DNA from: Promethearchaeum syntrophicum
GTDB taxonomy: Archaea > Asgardarchaeota > Lokiarchaeia > Sigyniarchaeales > Promethearchaeaceae
Reading direction: 5' to 3'
Length of the DNA stretch: 32,000 nt
Assembly (NCBI RefSeq): GCF_008000775.2
Contig: NZ_CP042905.2
Span: forward strand, 60,001-92,000
Part shown: positions 16,852 to 28,165 of the stretch, piece by piece
Layout of the letters: every line of letters starts with the position of its first letter
How positions within the stretch are numbered: position 1 is the stretch's first letter
The notes under the pieces: generated by a model
Told to the model about the DNA's origin: nothing
Databases searched by the model: none
Seen by the model: the letters and a program-made list of their open reading frames with translations, nothing else
Made by a program: the position numbers and the translations under genes

Positions 16852-17820
16852 ATGGGAAATTTACACGAAGTTGAAGTCTGGGTTCCTCACAGAATTTCAG
16901 GGTTTTTCCAAATGATGAATCCAAAAGAGAAAGTCCCACAAAGTGATATTTCAAAAATTGGTTCTAGAGGAGGAGGACCTGCTTTAACTGCTTTTGGAAA
17001 GACGAAAATAACTATATTGCCTACAGATGAAGAAATTGGGGAGGATCTAATAAACAAATTTAAAGTATTTTTAAATGGAAAAGAAAACACCTCAAAAGCA
17101 AAAACTTCCTGTAGTGTTGTTAATCGTATGGCACATTTATTACCAAAAAATGCTAATTTCTTAATAGAACACCACTTTGATCTTCCATTAGGAGCAGGTT
17201 TTGGATCCAGTGGAGCAGGTGCGTTGGGAATAGCCTATGGGTTGAATGACCTTTTTAAAATAGGTTTAACACCTTTAGAAGCTGCAAAATATGCACATAT
17301 TGCTGAAGTGGAGAATAAAACAGGATTAGGAACTGTTGGAGGTCAATTTGTTGGAGGTCTAACTATTATGATCGAACCCGGATATCCTTTCCAATATAAA
17401 AAAATACCAATTCCAGAAAATATTGAAATTATAATAGGATCTTGGGGATCAATAAATACTAAGAGTATTTTAACAAATCCAAACTATAAACAGCTCATTC
17501 ATCAAGTGGGAAAAGAAGCTATTAAAAAAATGAATGAACAATTTTCCCTTGCAAATTATATGAAAGTATGTAAATTTTTTCTAGAAAAAACAGAATTATT
17601 AGAGCGATTAGAATTACCGATTTTAAAAAACCTTATTGAATCTTTGGAAAAATTACCAATAATTGGCGCAAGTATGACCCAATTAGGTAAATCTGTTTTC
17701 TGTGTATGTGATAAACAAATTTCACCGCAAGTTGTTAAGGTTTTTAATCAATATAATCCACTATCGGGCACTAAAATTGTAAAAATTTGCAATTACGGTC
17801 CTAAAATTAAAAAAAAATAA
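16852..17820 (+). CDS. GHMP-family kinase, probable archaeal pantoate kinase
   Basis: GHMP motif PLGAGFGSSGAGALG. The N-terminus VWVPHRISGFFQ and the ~320-aa size fit the COG1829 archaeal pantoate kinase. Other CoA-pathway genes are nearby. Confidence 0.65.
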   Translation: MGNLHEVEVWVPHRISGFFQMMNPKEKVPQSDISKIGSRGGGPALTAFGKTKITILPTDEEIGEDLINKFKVFLNGKENTSKAKTSCSVVNRMAHLLPKNANFLIEHHFDLPLGAGFGSSGAGALGIAYGLNDLFKIGLTPLEAAKYAHIAEVENKTGLGTVGGQFVGGLTIMIEPGYPFQYKKIPIPENIEIIIGSWGSINTKSILTNPNYKQLIHQVGKEAIKKMNEQFSLANYMKVCKFFLEKTELLERLELPILKNLIESLEKLPIIGASMTQLGKSVFCVCDKQISPQVVKVFNQYNPLSGTKIVKICNYGPKIKKK

Positions 17821-17837
17821 ATAATTTTGAAAATTTA

Positions 17838-19112
17838 CTATATTTTAAACCTGAGTATTGCGGCAATCCCGCCAAAAGTCGAAATAAGCATTGTTCCTTC
17901 CTCAGTTTCGGTTGATAATAATTCAATTTTCGTCCCTTGAATTTCTGCTAAATCACCCAATTCTTCAACCAAATCCAATTCTCCTTCTATTTGAATAAGG
18001 TTAGATTGACAAGAGGGACATGAGAGTGTATTTACGTGTTCATAGAATTCCCTAATTTTTTCGGTTGGAATCGTTTCATAATACTCAGTATTACATTTTC
18101 CACATTTTACATGAACACGAATAAGTTGAACCCCTTCAGATAAGAGCAATATATCAACTGCTCCCATTTCCAAAGCTTTTCGAACTTGTTTCTCTCCATA
18201 GGTTGCTAAATTGGTATCCTTTGAGATATTTTCCATAAAAATATTAAATACTTGTTTTTCTTGAATATAGCGTAAAGATTGGATTTTATCTTGTATTTTT
18301 ATTACAGTTTCTCTGATTCCTGCTTCACCAGAGTAACTAACGTCAATTAAATCGAGAACTTTATCTTTTAATCGATAATCTAACACTCCTTTCTTTACAA
18401 ACTTAGCTTTTGTCATACCTGCTCCGCTAACAAAAATCCCCTTAAGATCGTCAAATTCCATAAAAATAGAGTTAGCTGTTTCTCCAACACGTTTATAGAA
18501 ATTTTGAGCCCCTTCCTCGATAAGACGTTCCAATCTTCTCTGAGATTGCCCCCCAGCATGATGTTTACTATGAACACCCGATGTGAAAGTTTTAGAAATT
18601 TCTAAATGGGTTCCTCTTATCCATCCTATTGCTGCTTCTTTGTTTTCAATGTTGATTATCCCATATGCTCCTTTTTCTTGAACCATATCATATAATGGAT
18701 CAAGTAAAAATTCAGCAGCGCAATAATATTGGAAAGTTTTTAGTGGTTCAGGTGGTTCAATAATATATATTTCACTACTTTCAGTTCCCGGTTTATTGTC
18801 TTCCGGAACCTGTCCCGAATATATAATTAACCCATTTGGGGGGAATTCTTTAATATTTTTTAATTTTCCAAGTATAGCGGTAATGCTATCAATAACATTC
18901 TTCCTATTACCTTTAGATTTAATATTTGAGCTTTCTCCGATTTCTTTTTTTAAATAGGAAGTAACATCAGAGATTTTTTTAGTGGGAGGAATAGTTAAGG
19001 AAATGAGAGCTGTATGAAACCCTCTCTTATTTTTTAATATATCCAGGTATTTTTTTAGTAAATAACGTTTATAAGATGATTCTTCTTTTTCTTTTTTCTT
19101 AGATTCTGACAT
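17838..19112 (-). CDS. prf1: Peptide chain release factor aRF1
   Basis: NIKS motif (SSNIKSKG), YxCxxxF (YYCAAEF) and GGQ (HAGGQSQRR). The C-domain carries a CGKC...CPSC Zn-ribbon insertion. Confidence 0.95.
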   Translation of the reverse strand: MSESKKKEKEESSYKRYLLKKYLDILKNKRGFHTALISLTIPPTKKISDVTSYLKKEIGESSNIKSKGNRKNVIDSITAILGKLKNIKEFPPNGLIIYSGQVPEDNKPGTESSEIYIIEPPEPLKTFQYYCAAEFLLDPLYDMVQEKGAYGIINIENKEAAIGWIRGTHLEISKTFTSGVHSKHHAGGQSQRRLERLIEEGAQNFYKRVGETANSIFMEFDDLKGIFVSGAGMTKAKFVKKGVLDYRLKDKVLDLIDVSYSGEAGIRETVIKIQDKIQSLRYIQEKQVFNIFMENISKDTNLATYGEKQVRKALEMGAVDILLLSEGVQLIRVHVKCGKCNTEYYETIPTEKIREFYEHVNTLSCPSCQSNLIQIEGELDLVEELGDLAEIQGTKIELLSTETEEGTMLISTFGGIAAILRFKI

Positions 19113-19216
19113 AAAGATCTGCTCATTTTTCCGTTTGAATTTTCACTTTCAAAAGGATAACTATATAAATATTAAAACCACAATTTTTTTCAACTTTTTC
19201 ATTTTATTTCCCTTAG

Positions 19217-20026
19217 GTGCTAATTTTGAGCAAGAATAATAAAAATGATGGAACCCCAAATATTCCAAATGATCATCCAAGAGCTGAAAGTCTCCATTAT
19301 CGTCATACGCTTGTAGATCGAATGTTTGAAAAAGTGGTGACACCCTCTGGTTTATGTGCTCACGGACGTGGAGAAGCTTTTGATTATCTCTTAGGAGAGC
19401 AAACAATCCCTCCCTCAGAAAAAGCAATGGAAGCTGCAGTTGCTTATCTTTTACTTGCTAAACACCCCGTTTTCAGCATAAATGGAAATGTTGCGGCTTT
19501 GGTTCCAGAATCTATTGTTGAGTTGGCTGAAGTTTTAGAAGCAGATTTAGAGATAAATATTTTTTATCAAGCTCCAGGGAGAATTGAGGCAATTACTTCA
19601 ATTTTGAAAAAAGCAGGAGCAAAAAAAATATTAGGATTGGGAGATATCCCACCAACTTCTTTATCCAATATAAGTTCTAATAGAAGAATAGTTGATCCTC
19701 GTGGAATTTTTTCAGCTGATGTTGTCCTTGTTCCATTGGAAGATGGTGATAGAACTGAAGTTCTTATAGAAAATGATAAAAAAGTTATAGCTATAGATTT
19801 AAATCCACTGAGTCGAACTGCTCAAAAAGCGAATATCACCATTGTTGATAATATTATTAGATGTATCCCGAAAATGGTAAAAATTGCTCGAAGAATGAAA
19901 AACCTAGAATCTGAAAAGATTAAAGTGATCGTGAATAATTTTAATCAGAAAAAGAATCTTGATGACTGCTTGGAATATATAATTAATTTCCTACAGAATT
20001 TAATGGAGAACCCAGATTCAAAATGA
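19217..20026 (+). CDS. 4-phosphopantoate--beta-alanine ligase (archaeal phosphopantothenate synthetase, COG1701/DUF137)
   Basis: HPRAESLHYRHTLVD...GLCAHGRGEAFDYLLGEQT and the NGNVAAL motif match the family as I recall it. GTG start. The stop overlaps the next gene's ATG (ATGA). Confidence 0.75.
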   Translation: MLILSKNNKNDGTPNIPNDHPRAESLHYRHTLVDRMFEKVVTPSGLCAHGRGEAFDYLLGEQTIPPSEKAMEAAVAYLLLAKHPVFSINGNVAALVPESIVELAEVLEADLEINIFYQAPGRIEAITSILKKAGAKKILGLGDIPPTSLSNISSNRRIVDPRGIFSADVVLVPLEDGDRTEVLIENDKKVIAIDLNPLSRTAQKANITIVDNIIRCIPKMVKIARRMKNLESEKIKVIVNNFNQKKNLDDCLEYIINFLQNLMENPDSK

Positions 20027-20781
20027 ATTTAATGAAACCTCTTGATTTCTCATTGCGCTCTTGTTCATATGATGATATCCCTGCGGTGATGGATGTTAAT
20101 GAGACTACTCTCCCCGAGAACTATCCATTATTCTTTTATGAGCAAATTCTTGAAAAATATCCTAAAACCTTTATCTTGGCATATAATAAGGATGATCCTA
20201 AACAAATAATTGGGTATATAATGTGGCGGGTAGAGAGAGGACTCTCTTCTTTCGGACTTGATCATGTTAAAAAAGCCCACTTGGTTTCATTAGCGGTGCT
20301 TCAAAATCATAGACGAAAAGGCATTGCAAATGAACTCCTTTTAAGGAGTATGGATTTAATTCGTGAATTTAAAATTTCAGAATATGTTTTAGAAGTCCGT
20401 GTTTCAAATTCAGGAGCAGTAAGATTATACAAGGAATTACATGATTTCAAAAAAATAAGGATTATCGGTCATTATTATCGCGATGGTGAAGATGCTTTTT
20501 ATATGGCAGCAATAAATAAGGAAAAAGAAACTAAGAAAATATCTAATCACGATTTAAGTGGTATGACAGACAAAGAAATTAAGCAGCATTTTTTAGACAA
20601 AAATCAAGGATATCTACTATATAACTGCCCAAATTGTAATTCTCTTCAAATAAAAGCTTTAAAATACTCTCTTGCTGGAACGGTAGATCCCGACAATAAA
20701 GAAACTTTAGATTGCGCTGATTGTAATGAAAAACTGGCTTTATATGATATCTCTCAAGGAAAATACAATTCATTTAAATAA
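20023..20781 (+). CDS. GNAT N-alpha-acetyltransferase (Ard1/RimI-like) with a C-terminal Zn-ribbon extension
   Basis: LAVLQNHRRKGIANELL (the Q/RxxGxA acetyl-CoA site) and YVLEVRVSN..A..LY. The C-terminal ~75 aa carry CPNCNS...CADCNEK. Confidence 0.75.
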   Translation: MNLMKPLDFSLRSCSYDDIPAVMDVNETTLPENYPLFFYEQILEKYPKTFILAYNKDDPKQIIGYIMWRVERGLSSFGLDHVKKAHLVSLAVLQNHRRKGIANELLLRSMDLIREFKISEYVLEVRVSNSGAVRLYKELHDFKKIRIIGHYYRDGEDAFYMAAINKEKETKKISNHDLSGMTDKEIKQHFLDKNQGYLLYNCPNCNSLQIKALKYSLAGTVDPDNKETLDCADCNEKLALYDISQGKYNSFK

Positions 20782-20812
20782 GGAAAAAAAATTTTTATAG
20801 TAGAATATTCGT

Positions 20813-21865
20813 TTAATCTTCTTTTAGAGGTCTTGGTTCTTGATATTCAATTAAAATGTCTTTTAAATATTTCCGTAATTTCGAAATAATCTCATTTATT
20901 TGATTTTCAGCTAAAATACTCTTATCTAACGAACTTATGATTGAAAAATAATAATTAGCATAATATGGATTGCCAGATTTTTTCTCTTCCATAACACTTT
21001 TCATTTGCTCTTCTGAGATTTTTAAATCATCGTAAAGATGAAATTGGTAGCACAAATTCATAAACTCCCCATCAACACCCCGTATGCTTGTAACATCTAA
21101 ATTTTCATCTTCTAATTGGCCAAAAAACTCCAAATGACCGCTGATTATTTTATCTATTTTGTTTTCAAGTTCATAATCTTTACTTTTTGGATTAAATGTC
21201 TCCGAAATCACGAGACCCGTATGATCGAATAAAATTGCTTGAGCGATTTCAGTTTTATCCCGATATTCAATAATTTCATCTTGAATTTCATCATATCCGA
21301 TTAAATAACGCCTTAATCCGTTAGAGATCATATGGATAATGGTATACAAATTATATATACTTGTTAAATAAAACTGAAAATTATATTCTGGAAAAGTTTT
21401 TCTCAATAAACTCTTAACCATTGCCCTTCGGGCAATATATTCATCAGGATTTTCTTTAATAAATTCATAATCGGTTTTACTAAAACAGATATAAATAGGA
21501 AGATCTTTAGCATAACTTACTTTTTTTAATACTCCCAGAACTTCTTCTAAATATGAAATACTCTCACTAAAACGCATTTCATCCTGTATATCAATTAAAT
21601 ATATCAATAAATCAATACTCTCAAAATACATCTTGCGCTGGATATACATCTTGCGAAATTTACTTTGACCCCCCATATCAAAGAAATTTAATCGAAGGTC
21701 TAAAAAATCTCTTCTATAATAATCGATGCGTAAAGTTGGCTTTAAATTATGAATCTCGTCTTCATATCCATACATTCGTTTAAAGCTGACAAGCATGCTG
21801 GTTTTTCCAGCATTATCTAAACCACTTAATACTACTTTAATTGGTTTTTTCGTTTTATTGCTCAT
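20813..21865 (-). CDS. Arf/Sar-type small GTPase domain fused to a C-terminal roadblock/longin-like domain of about 165 aa
   Basis: G1 SGLDNAGKTS (Arf-family GLDxAGKT), G3 DMGGQ, and a degenerate G4 SKTD. The C-terminal half reads IAQAILFDHTGLVISETF...ISGHLEFFGQL...VTSIRGVDGEFMNLCYQF, which is roadblock-like. Confidence 0.65.
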   Translation of the reverse strand: MSNKTKKPIKVVLSGLDNAGKTSMLVSFKRMYGYEDEIHNLKPTLRIDYYRRDFLDLRLNFFDMGGQSKFRKMYIQRKMYFESIDLLIYLIDIQDEMRFSESISYLEEVLGVLKKVSYAKDLPIYICFSKTDYEFIKENPDEYIARRAMVKSLLRKTFPEYNFQFYLTSIYNLYTIIHMISNGLRRYLIGYDEIQDEIIEYRDKTEIAQAILFDHTGLVISETFNPKSKDYELENKIDKIISGHLEFFGQLEDENLDVTSIRGVDGEFMNLCYQFHLYDDLKISEEQMKSVMEEKKSGNPYYANYYFSIISSLDKSILAENQINEIISKLRKYLKDILIEYQEPRPLKED

Positions 21866-22609
21866 TCTTTATTTCCTTGAATAATTTAACTACGATATTT
21901 CTTTCTTTTACTAGTTTAGCTAACTTTCCTTGAATTTTTTGAATTCCTTGCTTTCTTGTGTTCTTGCATTCCTTATTTTACATAATAAAATTTATTTCTT
22001 GTTAAGTTCTTTTGGTTTTACAGTACTTGATCTTTAAGATTTTAAAATATATTATATTTAAATATTAAAAATTTGATTATATGATGAGAATTAGTTAATG
22101 GGAAGTTTAAAAAAAAATACTCCTAAAAAAATAATTCACGTAATTATTCACGAAAAATTTAAATCTATTGCTGCAAAATCAACCCTTTTCTCCCCCCGTT
22201 CTTCTCCCTTTTAAAGTTTCCTCCTTTATGTCGATTAAATTTAAATATCTTATACACCTTAATTTCTTGGGTTGAGTTATCACATCTTGTGATCTCGATC
22301 TCACCCGCGTACCTTAAACGAATTCTTTGACCGAAAAGTGCCTGAAGAATCACCGTTAAGATACGAAGTGCAATAAATCATCACCTTGAATTCACGCAAT
22401 ACATTTGCATCAATCTTTTCGGATTGAGAAAACAAGACTAACCGATGATCTTTAGCGCAATATGAAAATTAGTTCAAAATTGATTTTCATAATACACTTG
22501 ACCCATGGCAAAGTCTTGCTTTTATCGTATTAGAGTCTTTAGACCCTGTTTAGTTATTATGGAAAAAAACAGACCAGACTATTAGAACCGAATTACTATT
22601 CTCTTTGTG

Positions 22610-22639
22610 CTTTTAATTATTAACTTCAATAATTAAAAG
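22610..22639. repeat. Perfect 12-bp-stem hairpin (CTTTTAATTATT / AATAATTAAAAG, 6-nt loop) in the non-coding region upstream of the 23S rRNA
   Basis: Read directly. The arms at 22610-22621 and 22628-22639 are exact reverse complements. Confidence 0.6.
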
Positions 22640-22902
22640 TAAGAATTTTAATTTCGAGATAAAATGCAAATTGTACCAACATTGTCCATCCCATAATTAA
22701 ATTGATACATCTTATAAAATTTGTGTCAATGTATTGTGAGATAGACTAAAGTTTCAAATTTTTACTATACTATATATATCCAAACGTATGGATTATTTCT
22801 TCCAATATGCAATGTTCACGTGAAGAAAAGAATTTTGAAAATGTATGCTTGTTTTTCGTTATACAAATACCTAAAACATAACATAGTTAATTCGAAAAAT
22901 TT

Positions 22903-22966
22903 TAAATATTCTAATAATCAAACCTTAACCTTATCTTAGACATTTCGTCTCCGATAAGCTCTCAGG
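22903..22966 (+). other. 5' strand of the putative pre-23S processing helix
   Basis: 22903-22914 (TAAATATTCTAA) is perfectly complementary to 26223-26234. 22921-22930 and 22951-22965 are largely complementary to 26179-26207. Confidence 0.45.
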
Positions 22967-22987
22967 ACTCGTTCCTGATTAAGGTCC

Positions 22988-26085
<3,098 letters not shown>

Positions 26086-26178
26086 AATAGTCCGAGTGTT
26101 TGGGCTGGAAAAGGAACATGTGGGTCCTGGCTTTGAATCGGAATCATTGCAGAGCAGTCGAACGAGAGATCGTGCGAT

Positions 26179-26234
26179 CTGAGAGTATGCGGTGGTTAGG
26201 ATTTAGGAGTTGGGGTGAGATGTTAGAATATTTA
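26179..26234 (+). other. 3' strand of the putative pre-23S processing helix
   Basis: CTGAGAGTATGCGGTGGTTAGGATTT pairs with the 5' leader (CCGATAAGCTCTCAG, AACCTTAACC). TTAGAATATTTA pairs perfectly with 22903-22914. Confidence 0.45.
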
Positions 26235-26372
26235 GAGACAGACATCACATGAACGGAAACAGATTTGAAGAAATGGTAGGTTTGGAATAGGTAGGGGTAG
26301 TAAAAATGATATAAAAACGGAAAAATGTTGGTATAATTTGCAGGGCAGGGCTTTGTCGTGGGCTTTTAACTT
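26208..26372 (+). repeat. Direct repeat, copy A (about 165 nt), immediately 3' of the 23S processing helix and ending in an oligo-T run
   Basis: Aligns by eye with 30764-30917. The first 25 nt (AGTTGGGGTGAGATGTTAGAATATT) and the last 21 nt (TTTGTCGTGGGCTTTTAACTT) are identical. The middle is more diverged and has small indels. Confidence 0.85.
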
Positions 26373-26578
26373 TTTTCCCAATTTTCAAAAAATATTAATT
26401 CTTAATATCGGTATTTCCTATCTTAATTGATTCGATAATCCAGAGTTTATTATCCAACATGAAAAAAACTAAGGAGTAGAAAAAAAATCATCGACAATTT
26501 TTTCGTTGTTTTTCATTCGGTTACTAATACTAAAAAATAAAATTGTTTCCAAAAAAAGATATTTCTCGGTCAAAAAAA

Positions 26579-26593
26579 ATAAATTTGCAACTC
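26579..26593 (-). repeat. Inverted copy of the GAGTTGCAAATTTAT motif that heads the tandem array
   Basis: ATAAATTTGCAACTC is the exact reverse complement of 27611-27625. The two copies bracket the membrane-protein gene. Confidence 0.7.
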
Positions 26594-26783
26594 ACCATTG
26601 TTCATTTTGCTTGACTTGATTGGGAAAAATATAACGGTTCTCTTAATACTAAAAGATATTTCAACCACCAATAAACGATAACACAAACACTTAAACGATA
26701 ATACAACCACACCCCTATTTCTTAAGTGGTTGGCTTGTTGGTGAGAATCTAATTTCTTCAACATATATAATTGAAAAAAAAAA

Positions 26784-27290
26784 TTAGTAATATTGGGAAA
26801 TATGCCATTCTCTCTTTGCACCAAATCGATATAAGAAATATCCGATAAAGGGATAGATTGCAACAAAAAAAAGGGGGAAAATCGCATATACTAACCATAC
26901 TGGAAGTAAATATGGATTTATGGGTGCCCAAGGGGCAATAATTAGTAAATATCCTACAAACAAACAAATAGGGACAGTTATAACAAATCCAACAACACCC
27001 ACTAACATAATTTTATTCATTAAGATAATTGTGTTTATGCTTTTGATGTTTTGAAAACCGTGCATTAGGATTATTCCTAAGGGAGGAACAATGGTCATGA
27101 AAATTGCGAACCTCAAGCTCATTATGTTGAAGTAATATAGAACCCATATAAAAAGTGTATTAGTAATTATCGCCCCGAGATTTATCCAAACCCAATTTTT
27201 TTTGCAGGTTTCCCAAAAATTCTTAATAATTTCTTTAAAATTCTTTTCTTCTGAATCATCTTCTTCCGAAATTTTTTCCTTAATATTCAT
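26784..27290 (-). CDS. Small integral membrane protein (about 4 TM helices) with an acidic N-terminus
   Basis: 168 aa. After MNIKEKISEEDDSEEK there are four long hydrophobic stretches (for example WINLGAIITNTLFIWVLYYF and LVGVVGFVITVPICLFVGYLLII). No family recognised. Confidence 0.55.
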   Translation of the reverse strand: MNIKEKISEEDDSEEKNFKEIIKNFWETCKKNWVWINLGAIITNTLFIWVLYYFNIMSLRFAIFMTIVPPLGIILMHGFQNIKSINTIILMNKIMLVGVVGFVITVPICLFVGYLLIIAPWAPINPYLLPVWLVYAIFPLFFVAIYPFIGYFLYRFGAKREWHISQYY

Positions 27291-27610
27291 TCAATCATCT
27301 CTTTGCGAATATATTATTGAAAATTAACCCATCACATGCCAAGCAAGTAAAGTACTAATATCTAGATTGAATAAATCCATGTTAATAAAATAGATACAAT
27401 TCTGATTATATCTTTCTCTATCTCTTGAAATTCAATCCGAAACAATACTTTTTTGGGGTTTATTAATTTTTTTTGTGTTTATTTGAGAATTTTCTAGGTT
27501 TCAAATGACATCCCACTAACAGGGACTTCCATTAAAAATCGCAGATATAAAATGCGAGAAAAAAAATAAAAAATTTTTTTTACCCCCCCATATCGCCCAT
27601 ACAAAAAAGA

Positions 27611-28022
27611 GAGTTGCAAATTTATCTTTGTTTTAGCTCTTTTTTCGGACCTTTTTTAAGCATAGATCCACATATATCTTTGTTTCTGGACCTTTTTCAG
27701 ACAAAGTTGCAGAATTATCTTTGCTACTGGACCTTTTACCGGACCTTTTTCAGACAAAGTTGCAGAATTATCTTTGCTACTGGACCTTTTACCGGACCTT
27801 TTTCAGACAAAGTTGCAGAATTATCTTTGCTACTGGACCTTTTACCGGACCTTTTTCAGACAAAGTCGCAAATTTATCTTTGTTTGGGAGCATTTTGAAG
27901 CAAAGTTGCAGAATTATCTTAGCTAAAACATCATTAATGTCAAAAGTATCGATTGTTCCATCTTCGTTTAAATGACAAAAATCGCATTTTAGAGAAAAAC
28001 AAGAGTTGCAAAATTATCTTTT
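27611..28022 (+). repeat. Tandem repeat array: three perfect 53-bp units flanked by degenerate units, all built on GTTGCA(G/A)A(A/T)TTATCTT
   Basis: Units at 27706-27758, 27759-27811 and 27812-27864 are identical (GTTGCAGAATTATCTTTGCTACTGGACCTTTTACCGGACCTTTTTCAGACAAA). Motif copies also start at 27613, 27865, 27905 and 28005, with a degenerate unit at about 27666. Confidence 0.9.
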
Positions 28023-28165
28023 GGTATCTGTTACCATATGAAGATATGTGGTTTTTAAATGAAGTAGAAAAGGAGGTTTACAAGGAAAAAATAATATGTC
28101 CGATGAAGAAATGAGGATAGATTAGATCTTATAAAAAAAATTTTACTTTTTTTTTTACGACATTT

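Noticed and set aside
22081-22160. A box C/D sRNA, suggested by an ATGATGA C-box-like sequence
   Set aside because: No CTGA D box lies at a suitable distance, and there is no terminal stem.
22165-22353. 62-aa GTG-initiated ORF upstream of the 23S rRNA
   Set aside because: It has no ATG start, no recognisable motif, and an isolated position in a non-coding tract. It is kept only as part of the 'GC-richer patch' observation.
22901-22908. TTTAAATA as the 23S rRNA TATA box
   Set aside because: The same bases are perfectly complementary to the 23S trailer (26223-26234) and seem to belong to the processing helix. That requires them to be transcribed, so the promoter is probably further upstream.
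26100-26380. A 5S rRNA or tRNA in the 23S trailer
   Set aside because: No 5S-like conserved segments and no cloverleaf could be read. The region is explained by the processing-helix strand plus direct-repeat copy A.
26570-26967. ORF-track entries 26570-26887 and 26758-26967
   Set aside because: They overlap the 3' part of the 168-aa membrane-protein ORF in other frames or extend into AT-rich spacer. The 26784-27290 frame has coherent TM-helix periodicity and is preferred.
27614-27975. ORF-track entries 27614-27898 and 27721-27975, read across the tandem array
   Set aside because: They are open only because the repeat lacks stops. The 53-bp period is not divisible by 3, so the 'protein' just cycles through the three frames of the repeat. 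The sequences are low-complexity Phe/Leu-rich and have no start context.
27611-28022. CRISPR array, suggested by a GTTGCA-initiated repeat recurring at regular spacing
   Set aside because: The sequence between the motif copies is itself repeated: three 53-bp units are identical end to end. There are therefore no unique spacers. The 53-bp period is too short for a repeat plus spacer. No cas genes or leader are present in the window.
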